Notes under the pieces: generated by a model
Told to the model about the DNA's origin: nothing
Seen by the model: only the letters and a program-made list of their open reading frames with translations
The model's database searches: none
Part shown: positions 49,187-57,349 of the stretch, one piece after another
Numbering within the stretch: position 1 is the stretch's first letter
Layout of the letters: the number at the start of each line of letters is the position of its first letter
Position numbers and translations under genes: made by a program
Origin: Clostridia bacterium
GTDB lineage: Bacteria > Bacillota > Clostridia > Oscillospirales > Acutalibacteraceae
Length of the DNA: 64,000 nt
Reading direction: 5' to 3'
NCBI GenBank assembly: GCA_024403955.1
Contig: JAKSQX010000003.1
Location: 1,818-65,817, forward strand

Positions 49187-49422
49187 AAGAAAAGGATATA
49201 AATCCAGAAAGGATTGATTCCAATGTACAACGAGGCTCTTAAATCATAAGAGGAGTTGGTTAACATGATTTTACGCGAGGATAATCCACCAGATGTTTTA
49301 AGTTAAATAAACTGAAAGGGTGAGTCCAAAGAACAGTTAATTTTTTACTCAGATTAACTTGTGAGGTAAACTCCAATGAAATAGTCAGATAGGCGGAAGC
49401 TCAGCTTCCGCCTTTAATTTTT
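49187..49422 (+). ncRNA. unclassified ~235-nt transcript (stand-alone sRNA, or 5' leader of eamA-pdxK)
   Basis: Bounded by the promoter above and a strong terminator. Contains several local hairpins and two mini-ORFs (8 and 13 codons), the second with a good AGGAG RBS. No known RNA family recognised. Confidence 0.35.
49391..49422 (+). terminator. intrinsic terminator of the orphan RNA unit
   Basis: AGGCGGAAGC / GCTTCCGCCT stem followed by TTAATTTTT. Confidence 0.8.
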
Positions 49423-49438
49423 GTTAACCTCTTTTCAC

Positions 49439-49467
49439 TTGAAAAATTGGTTACATTAATATAAAAT
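49439..49467 (+). promoter_or_regulatory. candidate sigma-A promoter of eamA-pdxK operon
   Basis: TTGAAA, 17 nt, TAAAAT, located 35 nt upstream of ATG 49502. The region is AT-rich, so a chance match is possible. Confidence 0.4.
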
Positions 49468-49501
49468 CTATTAAGTTAGAATTAACTTAGGAGTTTATTT
49501 A

Positions 49502-50413
49502 ATGAAGGGGAAATTCATAAGGCAGACAGTGCTGCCACTTATCGCGGCTTTCATTTGGGGTTCTGCCTTTGTCGCACAGTATTTGGGCTCGGACGCAATG
49601 CCGGCCTACGCATTTGTTACAGTGCGAAATTTCATAGCAATTTGGTTCCTTGCTCTGATTGTATTGATGTTTGACATCATTCGCCGACGTAATCCTTCCT
49701 TTGATGAGAATTATGTCAATGATAAGAAGGAGCTTTGGAAGGGTGGACTTCTCTGTGGCGTCGCTCTCGGGATTGCAATGAACCTTCAGCAGTTTGGCAT
49801 CGAGGGCTCCGGTGCAGGTAAGTCCGGATTTATAACAACGCTCTATGTTGCCATCATTCCTATACTCGGACTTTTCTTAAAGAAGAAACAACCTTTAAGG
49901 GTTTGGATTGCAGTCGTTATATCAGTAATTGGTCTCTATCTTCTCTGTATAAGCGATGAGTTTAAAATGGAGATTTCGGATATCTACTTACTCGGTTGCG
50001 CGCTCGCATTCTCTATTCAGATGATGCTGGTTTCTCATTTTGTTCAGAAGGTGGACGCGGTTAGACTTTCCTGTTTGCAGTTCGCTGTTGCGGCAGTTGT
50101 CTCTGCCATCTTTATGATTGCCTTTAAGCAGTATCCAACACTTGAAATGATCAAGGCGTCAATCGGCCCACTTCTCTATACAGCAATCCTCTCATCTGGT
50201 GTGGCTTACACACTTCAGATCTTTGCACAGAGGGGAACAAACATTGCAATTGTCTCTCTCATTATGTGCCTTGAGTCCGTATTTGCCACCCTCTGTGGTG
50301 CCGTATTCCTTCATGAGGTTATGACACTTCGAGAGTATTTTGGTTGCATTATCATGTTTAGTGCAATAATAATTTCACAAATTCCTAGCAAAAAAGAGGT
50401 AATTAATCAATGA
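49502..50413 (+). CDS. EamA/DMT-family transporter
   Basis: Ten predicted TM segments in two EamA halves. 303 aa. Confidence 0.8.
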   Translation: MKGKFIRQTVLPLIAAFIWGSAFVAQYLGSDAMPAYAFVTVRNFIAIWFLALIVLMFDIIRRRNPSFDENYVNDKKELWKGGLLCGVALGIAMNLQQFGIEGSGAGKSGFITTLYVAIIPILGLFLKKKQPLRVWIAVVISVIGLYLLCISDEFKMEISDIYLLGCALAFSIQMMLVSHFVQKVDAVRLSCLQFAVAAVVSAIFMIAFKQYPTLEMIKASIGPLLYTAILSSGVAYTLQIFAQRGTNIAIVSLIMCLESVFATLCGAVFLHEVMTLREYFGCIIMFSAIIISQIPSKKEVINQ

Positions 50414-51249
50414 AAAGAATAGTTTCTATTCAGGACATCTCATGTCTCGGTAAGTGTTCTTTGACTGTAGCACTTCCAATCATCTCAGCTGCCGGTGTAG
50501 AGGCTGCTATTATTCCTACAGCAGTTCTCTCGACTCATACAGCTTTCACTGAGGGTTTCACTTTCCATGACCTCACATGTGAAATTGAACCTATCTCAGA
50601 GCATTGGCAGAAGGAGAAATTTGACTTCGACGCAATCTACACAGGCTACCTCGGCTCATTCGAGCAGATTGACCTTGTTAAGAAGTTCTTTGATGACTTT
50701 AAAACTGATAAGACATATATCGTTGTTGACCCGGCTATGGCCGACAACGGTTGCCTCTATAAAGGCTTCACAGAAGACTTCGCAAAGGCAATGGCAACCG
50801 TATGTGCCAAAGCCGACGTATGTGTACCTAACCTCACCGAGGCATGCTTCATGCTCGGAGAGGAGTATATAGGCGAAGGTTATTCACGTGAATATATTGA
50901 AAATATCTTGAAGAAGCTTGCAGCTTTAGGCCCTCGTTATGCCGTACTTACAGGTATGAGCTTTGAGGAGGGTAAACTTGGCGTAATGTGCTACGACAAG
51001 GAAGAGGACAAGTTCTTTGAGTATTATAACGAGAGACTTCCTGTAAGCTTCCACGGCACAGGTGATATCTTTGCTTCCAGTTTCACTGGAGCACTCATGA
51101 ACGACCTCTCAGTTGAGGATTCACTCAAGGTGGCAGTAGAATTCACACTTGAGGCAATGAGAAAGACTCTCGCAGAAGAAAACTATAATTGGTACGGAGT
51201 AAACTTTGAGCAGGCAATTTCGAAGTATCTTGAATTACTCAGTAAATAA
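50410..51249 (+). CDS. pdxK: pyridoxal/pyridoxamine kinase (PdxK/PdxY, ribokinase fold)
   Basis: SIQDISCLGKCSLTVALPIISAAG N-terminus, DPAMADNG, and the GTGDIFAS anion-hole motif. ATGA overlap with the transporter gene. Confidence 0.8.
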   Translation: MKRIVSIQDISCLGKCSLTVALPIISAAGVEAAIIPTAVLSTHTAFTEGFTFHDLTCEIEPISEHWQKEKFDFDAIYTGYLGSFEQIDLVKKFFDDFKTDKTYIVVDPAMADNGCLYKGFTEDFAKAMATVCAKADVCVPNLTEACFMLGEEYIGEGYSREYIENILKKLAALGPRYAVLTGMSFEEGKLGVMCYDKEEDKFFEYYNERLPVSFHGTGDIFASSFTGALMNDLSVEDSLKVAVEFTLEAMRKTLAEENYNWYGVNFEQAISKYLELLSK

Positions 51250-51266
51250 GAAAAGGGGGGATAATT

Positions 51267-52973
51267 ATGGCAAAGAGTTACGTAATCATTAAAGATGCGC
51301 CAAAGATGGATTATATGAAGGACTTTGTATCTCTTCCAAAGAACTATGGTACAAAGAAGTACTTCAATCGTCCTGACATCAAGGCTATTCGCAAGACAGT
51401 CTATGAAGCTCTTGATGACTTAAACGCTAAGACAAACTTTACTGATGACCTTAAGAAGTACAAGAGAGTACTCATTAAGCCAAACCTTGTATTCGTTTAT
51501 CACAACGTTTCACTCGATAAAAAGGATTATCCTGAAAACACTGACCCACGTGTATTCGAGGCAGTAGTTTCTTATATCAAGCAGTATAACGACAACATCG
51601 CCATTGTTGAGTCAGCTGGTAAGCCATACCCAACAATGACAGCTTTTAAGGCTGCAGGATACGATAGAATTGCTAAGCACTACAAGACTGACCTTGTTCC
51701 ACTTGAACTTCAGCCAGTAGTTCGCTACATCCTTCCAAAGGCAGAGGTTATGAACGAAGTTTATCTTCCACAGATCCTCGATGAGGTAGTAAGAGGCGAC
51801 GCATATTACGTATCAGTTCCAAAGATGAAGACTAACCTCTACACAGGTGTAACTTTGGGCTTTAAGAACGCAATGGGTACAATCCCATACTTCCTTCGTG
51901 AGCGTAACCACACTCATGACATCGATAAGAAGCTCGCTGACCTTCTCTATCTCTTCAAGCCAAACCTCACAGTAATTGACGGTATCATCGGTGGTGAGGG
52001 TAATACTCCTTCTCCAGTTGATCCAGTTAAGGTTGGCAAGATTGTTGCCTCTAACCAGTCTGTAGAGGCTGACAGAATTACAACATACATGATGGGCTTT
52101 GACCCTGATAAGAATAAGCTTCTTATTGAGGCTACAAAGAGGAACTTCGGTGATAACCAGGTTCAGATTATTGGTGATACATCTGTAACTAAGTTCCGCC
52201 CAGCTGTTGCTTCTCTTATGGATGAAAAGACAGCTCGTGAGTATCCTAACCTCATGGCAGTAACAGGCCACAACCTTCCAGGTGTTCCTAAGATTAAGGA
52301 CCCTAATAAGGTTACTCCTGAGATGGTTCTTGAGATTGAGCAGGCTTGCACAGGTGGCTGCCTCGCATCAGTTAAGTTCGGTCTTGATTTCTTCAACTTC
52401 AAGGATTCAATGAACGCTGAGAAACTTAAGGTATGCGTAATTGAAGGCCCTGGTATTGAAGTTAATGGCACACGTTATTGGTGGGATAAGAACGGTAAGC
52501 CATACACTAAGGAAGACTTAAAGAACCTTCCAATGAAGAAGTATGGTATGGGTAACTGTACACTCGCAACTTGTGATGACATCTGTTTCTGGAAAGCAAC
52601 TGGTTGCTGTGACCCTGCTAAGTGCGCATCACTTATCTGCATGGCAGGTGGCACACTTATCCCAATCGTTAGTCCAGCAAACCCATGGCTCATCCCAACT
52701 GGTCTTCGCCTTCTCCAGATGATCGGTATCCGCGCAATCGGTGCACTTAAGGGTAAGCCATGTGACGCACCAATGCTCTCACATGATGACCATGTATTCC
52801 CACTTCCTAAGCTCTCTAAGGAAGAGATGAAGAAGGATTACATCTCAGTTCCAATGCCTAAGATGGGACCAATCAAGAGAGTTAAGCAGGCTGTAATGCA
52901 GACTTACCTTGTTCTCTGCGCACTTCCAGTTAACCTCAACAAGAAGTACGGCAAGGACGGACTTAATAAATAA
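51267..52973 (+). CDS. DUF362-domain protein with long Cys-rich C-terminal extension
   Basis: DUF362-like motifs VLIKPNLV, VPKMKTNLYTGVTLGFKNAMG and TVIDGIIGGEGNTP. The C-terminal part has CTGGC and GNCTLATCDDICFWKATGCCDPAKCASLIC. 568 aa. Confidence 0.7.
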   Translation: MAKSYVIIKDAPKMDYMKDFVSLPKNYGTKKYFNRPDIKAIRKTVYEALDDLNAKTNFTDDLKKYKRVLIKPNLVFVYHNVSLDKKDYPENTDPRVFEAVVSYIKQYNDNIAIVESAGKPYPTMTAFKAAGYDRIAKHYKTDLVPLELQPVVRYILPKAEVMNEVYLPQILDEVVRGDAYYVSVPKMKTNLYTGVTLGFKNAMGTIPYFLRERNHTHDIDKKLADLLYLFKPNLTVIDGIIGGEGNTPSPVDPVKVGKIVASNQSVEADRITTYMMGFDPDKNKLLIEATKRNFGDNQVQIIGDTSVTKFRPAVASLMDEKTAREYPNLMAVTGHNLPGVPKIKDPNKVTPEMVLEIEQACTGGCLASVKFGLDFFNFKDSMNAEKLKVCVIEGPGIEVNGTRYWWDKNGKPYTKEDLKNLPMKKYGMGNCTLATCDDICFWKATGCCDPAKCASLICMAGGTLIPIVSPANPWLIPTGLRLLQMIGIRAIGALKGKPCDAPMLSHDDHVFPLPKLSKEEMKKDYISVPMPKMGPIKRVKQAVMQTYLVLCALPVNLNKKYGKDGLNK

Positions 52974-52991
52974 ACATTAGGAGTTGTTAAT

Positions 52992-53228
52992 ATGCATATG
53001 CATCATGAACATCATCAGCACAATGATGTAGCACCTGTTGAGGAGCTCATTGCCCTCATGAAATATCTCGTTGGACATAACGTTGAGCATGCCCATGAAC
53101 TTGAGCATCTCGCTCTTGATCTCAAAGAATCTGGTAAAGAAGATATCTATAAGCAGGTTATGTCTGCAGTTGAGAATTACAATAAGGGTAACGACATCCT
53201 TGCTGATGCACTTTCAAAGCTTTCCTAG
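52992..53228 (+). CDS. small histidine-rich protein (putative metal-binding)
   Basis: The N-terminus MHMHHEHHQHND plus further His pairs (HNVEHAHELEH). AGGAG RBS. 78 aa. Confidence 0.65.
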   Translation: MHMHHEHHQHNDVAPVEELIALMKYLVGHNVEHAHELEHLALDLKESGKEDIYKQVMSAVENYNKGNDILADALSKLS

Positions 53229-53239
53229 GAGGGAATTTT

Positions 53240-53428
53240 ATGTGCCTTTCAACAGTTTATGAAAACACTGAGGATGCAGCAAACGTCCTTATGGGTAATG
53301 TTACAAAGATCGAAGTTAAAGATAATCTCGTGGTTTTAACTGACCTTATGGAAAGGAAACTTGAGATTGATGGAGACCTTGTTTTTGTTGACCTTATTGA
53401 GAATAAGGCAATTATTAGACAACATTAA
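53240..53428 (+). CDS. cooT: CooT-family nickel-binding protein
   Basis: 62 aa starting MC (Cys2). The pattern MCLSTVY....V.KIEV.DN.VVLTDLMERKLEIDG..V.VDLIENKAII matches the small CooT family. AGGAGGG RBS. Confidence 0.7.
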   Translation: MCLSTVYENTEDAANVLMGNVTKIEVKDNLVVLTDLMERKLEIDGDLVFVDLIENKAIIRQH

Positions 53429-53445
53429 TTAATATGTATAAGAAA

Positions 53446-53480
53446 ATGCTCGAGTGTCTTTACACTCGGGCATTTTTTTG
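53446..53480 (+). terminator. intrinsic terminator after cooT
   Basis: ATGCTCGAGTG / CACTCGGGCAT stem followed by TTTTTTT. Confidence 0.85.
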
Positions 53481-53534
53481 ATAAAATATTTACGTGTTCA
53501 TTTCGGAATTTTATTGATAGAGGAGGTTAATGAA

Positions 53535-54758
53535 ATGAGCGAGAAGTTTGATGCTATCATCGCTAAAAAAGATGAAGCAGCGCAGTTTATGGTTGATGAA
53601 ATCACTCATATCTGTAAAGACATGCCAAAGCGTGACCCAGGTTCTGACGGTGAGCGTATCGCATGTGAGTACATGGCTGAGCAGATGAAGGGTTACGGCT
53701 GTGAAAAGGTTGAGGTTGAATCTTTCAAAGAGAACCCAGGTGCTTTCTATGGTTGGATCCACATCACATTCACACTCGCATTCCTTGCAGTTATCTGCTT
53801 CTTCCAGGATATCCAGATTTTAGCAATCATCTTTATTATCTTAGCACTCTTACTTGCACTTCTTGAGTTCGGTATGTACAAGAAGGTTGTAGACTTTATC
53901 TTCCCAGAGAAGACTGGTACTAACGTAACAGCTATTAAGTCATGCAAGGGCGAAGTTAAGAGAAGAATTTTCTTCAACGGTCATCCAGACGCAGCTTGGG
54001 AGTGGCCAGCAAACTACCTCGGTGGTGGCGTTCTTTTCGAAGGTCTTATCATCGTAGCAGCAGCAGGCGTAATCGGTTACCTTGTACTTGCTATTATGGC
54101 ACTTTGCAACGGCCTTACAGAAGGTCTTGTAACAACAGGTAAGTGGTTCTTCTTATTCTTCCCATTCTGGATCTACATGTTCTTTATGTGGAACCGCAAC
54201 CGTATCGTAGACGGTGCTAACGATAACCTTTCTGGTTGCTACATGGGTATCGCTATCCTTAAGTACATGAAGGAGCAGGGCATTGAGCTTGAGAACACAG
54301 AAGTTGGTGTTATCCTTTCTGGTTCTGAAGAAGCTGGTCTTCGTGGTGCTAAGGCTTGGTGTGAAGCTCATAAGGGCGAATTCCAGGATGTACCTACATT
54401 CATCTATTCTTACGACACAATTCACGATCCTAAGTATCTCCTTACTAACTATCGTGACCTTAATGCTACAGTAAAGGCTGACAAGGACGTTTCTGACCTC
54501 TTCATGGAAGCTGCAGCTGAGCTTAACATTGGTTGTAAGGCTGGTATGGTTCCACCACTTGGCGGTGCTACAGATAACGCAGCATTTGCACAGGGCGGTT
54601 TCCGTTCAACAGGTATTACTGGTCTTAATCACAAGCTTGAATCTTACTATCATACACGTCGTGACTCTTACGACAACATGGACCTTAAGGGTCTTGGCGA
54701 TTGCTTCGCAGTATCAGTTCGCGTACTTGATAAGTTTGATGAAGGTGCTAAGCAGTAA
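53535..54758 (+). CDS. M28-family metallopeptidase with transmembrane hairpins inserted in the catalytic domain (paralogue 1)
   Basis: Zn-ligand motifs NGHPDA, DGANDNLSG, SEEAGLRGA and HTRRD, with four hydrophobic helices between them. ATG 53535 follows GGAGG; the ORF-track start 53454 lies in the terminator. Confidence 0.8.
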   Translation: MSEKFDAIIAKKDEAAQFMVDEITHICKDMPKRDPGSDGERIACEYMAEQMKGYGCEKVEVESFKENPGAFYGWIHITFTLAFLAVICFFQDIQILAIIFIILALLLALLEFGMYKKVVDFIFPEKTGTNVTAIKSCKGEVKRRIFFNGHPDAAWEWPANYLGGGVLFEGLIIVAAAGVIGYLVLAIMALCNGLTEGLVTTGKWFFLFFPFWIYMFFMWNRNRIVDGANDNLSGCYMGIAILKYMKEQGIELENTEVGVILSGSEEAGLRGAKAWCEAHKGEFQDVPTFIYSYDTIHDPKYLLTNYRDLNATVKADKDVSDLFMEAAAELNIGCKAGMVPPLGGATDNAAFAQGGFRSTGITGLNHKLESYYHTRRDSYDNMDLKGLGDCFAVSVRVLDKFDEGAKQ

Positions 54759-54778
54759 TTTTTAATTAACTGAACAAG

Positions 54779-54811
54779 GGCTGGCTTTTCGTGTTGAAAA
54801 GCCAGCCTTTT
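54779..54811 (+). terminator. intrinsic terminator after M28 paralogue 1
   Basis: GGCTGGCTTTTC / GAAAAGCCAGCC stem followed by TTTT. Confidence 0.85.
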
Positions 54812-54857
54812 AAGTTTATAATGCTACGTGTATTATTTAAAAGGGAGGTAATTTATA

Positions 54858-56117
54858 ATGCTTGCAAAAGACAGCGTTAAGAATTACGACGAGCAGCTCG
54901 AAAAATATGCTGACTACGTAGCTACTCAAATCGGTAAAACAATTGAGGTTGCTGGCGGCGGACGTCCATCTGGCTATCCTCAGGAACACAAGGCTCAGGA
55001 TTATGTTATTGAGCATATGACTGGCACAGCTGATGAAGTTAGAACTGAAGGTTTCACACTTCATCCAAAGGCATTCATGGGTTGGGTACTCATCGATGGT
55101 ATCTGCATGCTTATCGCTGCAATCCTTCTCATCATCAACTTCTTTGTAGCACCAAGTAAGGCACTCGTAATTGTAGCTCTTATTCTTACAATTATCTCCG
55201 TTGCTTGTATCATTGGCGAATTCCTTTTCTACAAGCAGTTCCTTGATCCTCTTTTCCCAGCAAAGGATGCAAAGAACGTTATCTGCACACGTAAGGCTGC
55301 TGGCGAGACAAAGAGAAGAATCATCTTCTCAGGTCACGTTGACTCAGCTTGGGAGTGGAGATACACATACCTCGGTGGCGGTCGTTGCCTCACAGCAGTT
55401 ATCGCTACATCAATCGTATGTCTCGTAGCTGATTTCATCATAATCCTTCTTGCTGCTTTCGGACTTACAGCTGGTTGGTTTGTTGTAATCGCTAAGATCT
55501 TCTCAATCCTCTCAATCCCAGTAATGATCCTTGTTCTCTTCTTCATGAACTGGGGCATCTGCGTTGATGGTGCTAACGACAACCTCTCTGGTGTATTCGC
55601 ATCAATGGCTGTTATGCAGTACCTTGTTGACAACGACATCCGTTTCGAAAACACAGAGGTAATCTCAATCTCTATGTCTTCAGAGGAAGCTGGTCTTCGT
55701 GGTGCTAAGGCCTTTGCTAAGGCTCATGCTAAAGAGTATGCTGATTCAGGTGTTGAGACAATTGCTATCTGCACAGATACACTCCGTGACTTTGACGACA
55801 TGGGTATCTATAACAAGGATATGACTGGTACAGTTAAACTTGATCCTAAGGTTGCAGGTCTTGTTAAGGAAGCTTCTAACATCGCTGGCCTTAACCTTCC
55901 ATATGCTAACGTATTCTTTGGTTCATCAGATGCGGCAGCCCTCGCACAGGGTGGTATGAAGGCTTGCTGTCTTGCTGCTATGGATCCAACTCCAGCACGT
56001 TATTATCACACACGTCTTGATACAGCTGATAACCTCGATAAGAAGACAATCGCAGCTGGCGTAAATACACTCCTCAATGCTGCATTCCTCTTTGATGAAA
56101 AGGGTCTCGATTACTAA
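54858..56117 (+). CDS. M28-family metallopeptidase with inserted transmembrane hairpins (paralogue 2)
   Basis: Same motif order as paralogue 1 (SGHVDSAWEW, DGANDNLSG, SEEAGLRGA, HTRLD) and the same TM placement. GGGAGG RBS. Confidence 0.8.
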   Translation: MLAKDSVKNYDEQLEKYADYVATQIGKTIEVAGGGRPSGYPQEHKAQDYVIEHMTGTADEVRTEGFTLHPKAFMGWVLIDGICMLIAAILLIINFFVAPSKALVIVALILTIISVACIIGEFLFYKQFLDPLFPAKDAKNVICTRKAAGETKRRIIFSGHVDSAWEWRYTYLGGGRCLTAVIATSIVCLVADFIIILLAAFGLTAGWFVVIAKIFSILSIPVMILVLFFMNWGICVDGANDNLSGVFASMAVMQYLVDNDIRFENTEVISISMSSEEAGLRGAKAFAKAHAKEYADSGVETIAICTDTLRDFDDMGIYNKDMTGTVKLDPKVAGLVKEASNIAGLNLPYANVFFGSSDAAALAQGGMKACCLAAMDPTPARYYHTRLDTADNLDKKTIAAGVNTLLNAAFLFDEKGLDY

Positions 56118-56131
56118 TAGTTAAAGTATAT

Positions 56132-56168
56132 AAAAAGGCTCCCAGCTTTGGGAGCCTTTATTTTTTTA
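56132..56168. terminator. bidirectional terminator between convergent M28 and aldolase genes
   Basis: GGCTCCCA-GCTT-TGGGAGCC flanked by A- and T-runs. Confidence 0.85.
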
Positions 56169-56170
56169 CT

Positions 56171-57337
56171 TTATGCCTGCTTTGAATATTTGAGTATGTA
56201 GATAACTCTCATGATAGCACGGTCAGCGATTGGGAGTGGAGATTCTGAAACTGTGAGTTTGCAGTACATCTCAGCTTTGCACTCCTTCTCAAGAACCTTC
56301 TTTACACCTTCAAGGTCAAAGAGGGTGTTGCCGAAGCAGAGAGCGCCCTGGCCTTTGACAAGAACTGCATTGCGACCCTTTGAAGCCTTACCGATTTCAA
56401 TAGCGTCTGTTCTGTAGCTTGTCTTTTCCCAGTTCTTACACTTTACATCAATACCAGCAATCTGAGCGAAGTCATCGAGATGTGGAATCATATTGCAGCC
56501 TGCCTTTGAGAGGGCGAGAACGTCCTTCTCGGCATACTGGTCGATGAACTTAACATCAGCGTTTCTGTAGATTGCAGCGTGAATCTGAGCTACACGTGGG
56601 CCAATGCCGATGTATGGGCAGCCAGAGTCGATGTTGCACTCATAAGTTTTGCCATCTTTCATTGTGAGCTTAAAAGTCTTGTCGGTGAGTTTCTTGCTGC
56701 TACCGAGATCTGTGAGCTCAGCACAAGGTGTTGCAAAACGATTTTCAAATGCCTTATAGAGATATCTTGCACCGATAAGTCCTGAAGTCAACTTAACAAC
56801 ACGGGAAAGTTCTTTTCCACATGTCTTCTCAAGGTCTTCAACAACTTTGAAGGCTTCGTCAAGGTCAGCGCCGAGGCAAAGCGCACCGTGGTGCTTCATA
56901 ATGATAGCTTTAGCTTCAGGATTTGCCTCGACAGTGGCTGCAACAGCCTTGCGAAGCCCATCTGTTGAAGGCATACCGTACTCGGCAACAGGAACACCAG
57001 CCACAGCACGGCCAGTAGGAGAGAGGGCAGATGCGTTAACCTGATGTGTGTGGATAACGAAGTTTACGTCTGGACGAAGTCTATAAGCGTCAGCGTGAAC
57101 ACCCTTCTCTGATGAAGGTTTGATGTCGCCCTCATATTCGCAGTCAGCGATATTAACTACTACGAGTTCTTCAGGTTTTAATGTCTCATATGCACGACCA
57201 CTTGGAGTGATTACAAACTGAGTGTCTGAAATACGTGCTGAAACATTACCCCAAGTTCTGGCGATGAGGCCTGTCTCAACAAGTTTTTTACCTGTTTCAA
57301 CAACAAGCTCTCTTGCCTCATTAATTTCATATGCCAT
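56171..57337 (-). CDS. fused double class-II aldolase/adducin-fold protein (active N-half, degenerate C-half)
   Basis: The N-half has PSSEKGVHADAY, VIHTHQ and KHHGALCLG (FucA/AraD-type Zn and acid-base residues). The C-half repeats the pattern with DQY and KGQGALCFG in place of the His ligands. Confidence 0.8.
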   Translation of the reverse strand: MAYEINEARELVVETGKKLVETGLIARTWGNVSARISDTQFVITPSGRAYETLKPEELVVVNIADCEYEGDIKPSSEKGVHADAYRLRPDVNFVIHTHQVNASALSPTGRAVAGVPVAEYGMPSTDGLRKAVAATVEANPEAKAIIMKHHGALCLGADLDEAFKVVEDLEKTCGKELSRVVKLTSGLIGARYLYKAFENRFATPCAELTDLGSSKKLTDKTFKLTMKDGKTYECNIDSGCPYIGIGPRVAQIHAAIYRNADVKFIDQYAEKDVLALSKAGCNMIPHLDDFAQIAGIDVKCKNWEKTSYRTDAIEIGKASKGRNAVLVKGQGALCFGNTLFDLEGVKKVLEKECKAEMYCKLTVSESPLPIADRAIMRVIYILKYSKQA

Positions 57338-57349
57338 GAGTCTTACCTC

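Noticed and set aside
49187-49422. Classification of the orphan RNA as T-box, TPP riboswitch, 6S RNA, SRP RNA or a PyrR attenuator
   Set aside because: - T-box: no GGGTGGTACCGCG-like T-box sequence.
- TPP: no CTGAGA / CTGGATAATGCCAGC arrangement in the right order.
- 6S RNA: the 5' and 3' ends are not complementary.
- SRP RNA: no SRP domain-IV motif.
- PyrR: AAUCCAGAAAGGAUU (49201-49215) resembles the PyrR-binding loop (ARUCCAGAGAGGYU) but deviates in the loop, and no pyr genes follow.
53454-53534. N-terminal extension of the first M28 gene
   Set aside because: The extension starts inside the cooT terminator hairpin. ATG 53535 has a GGAGG RBS and aligns with the start of the paralogue.
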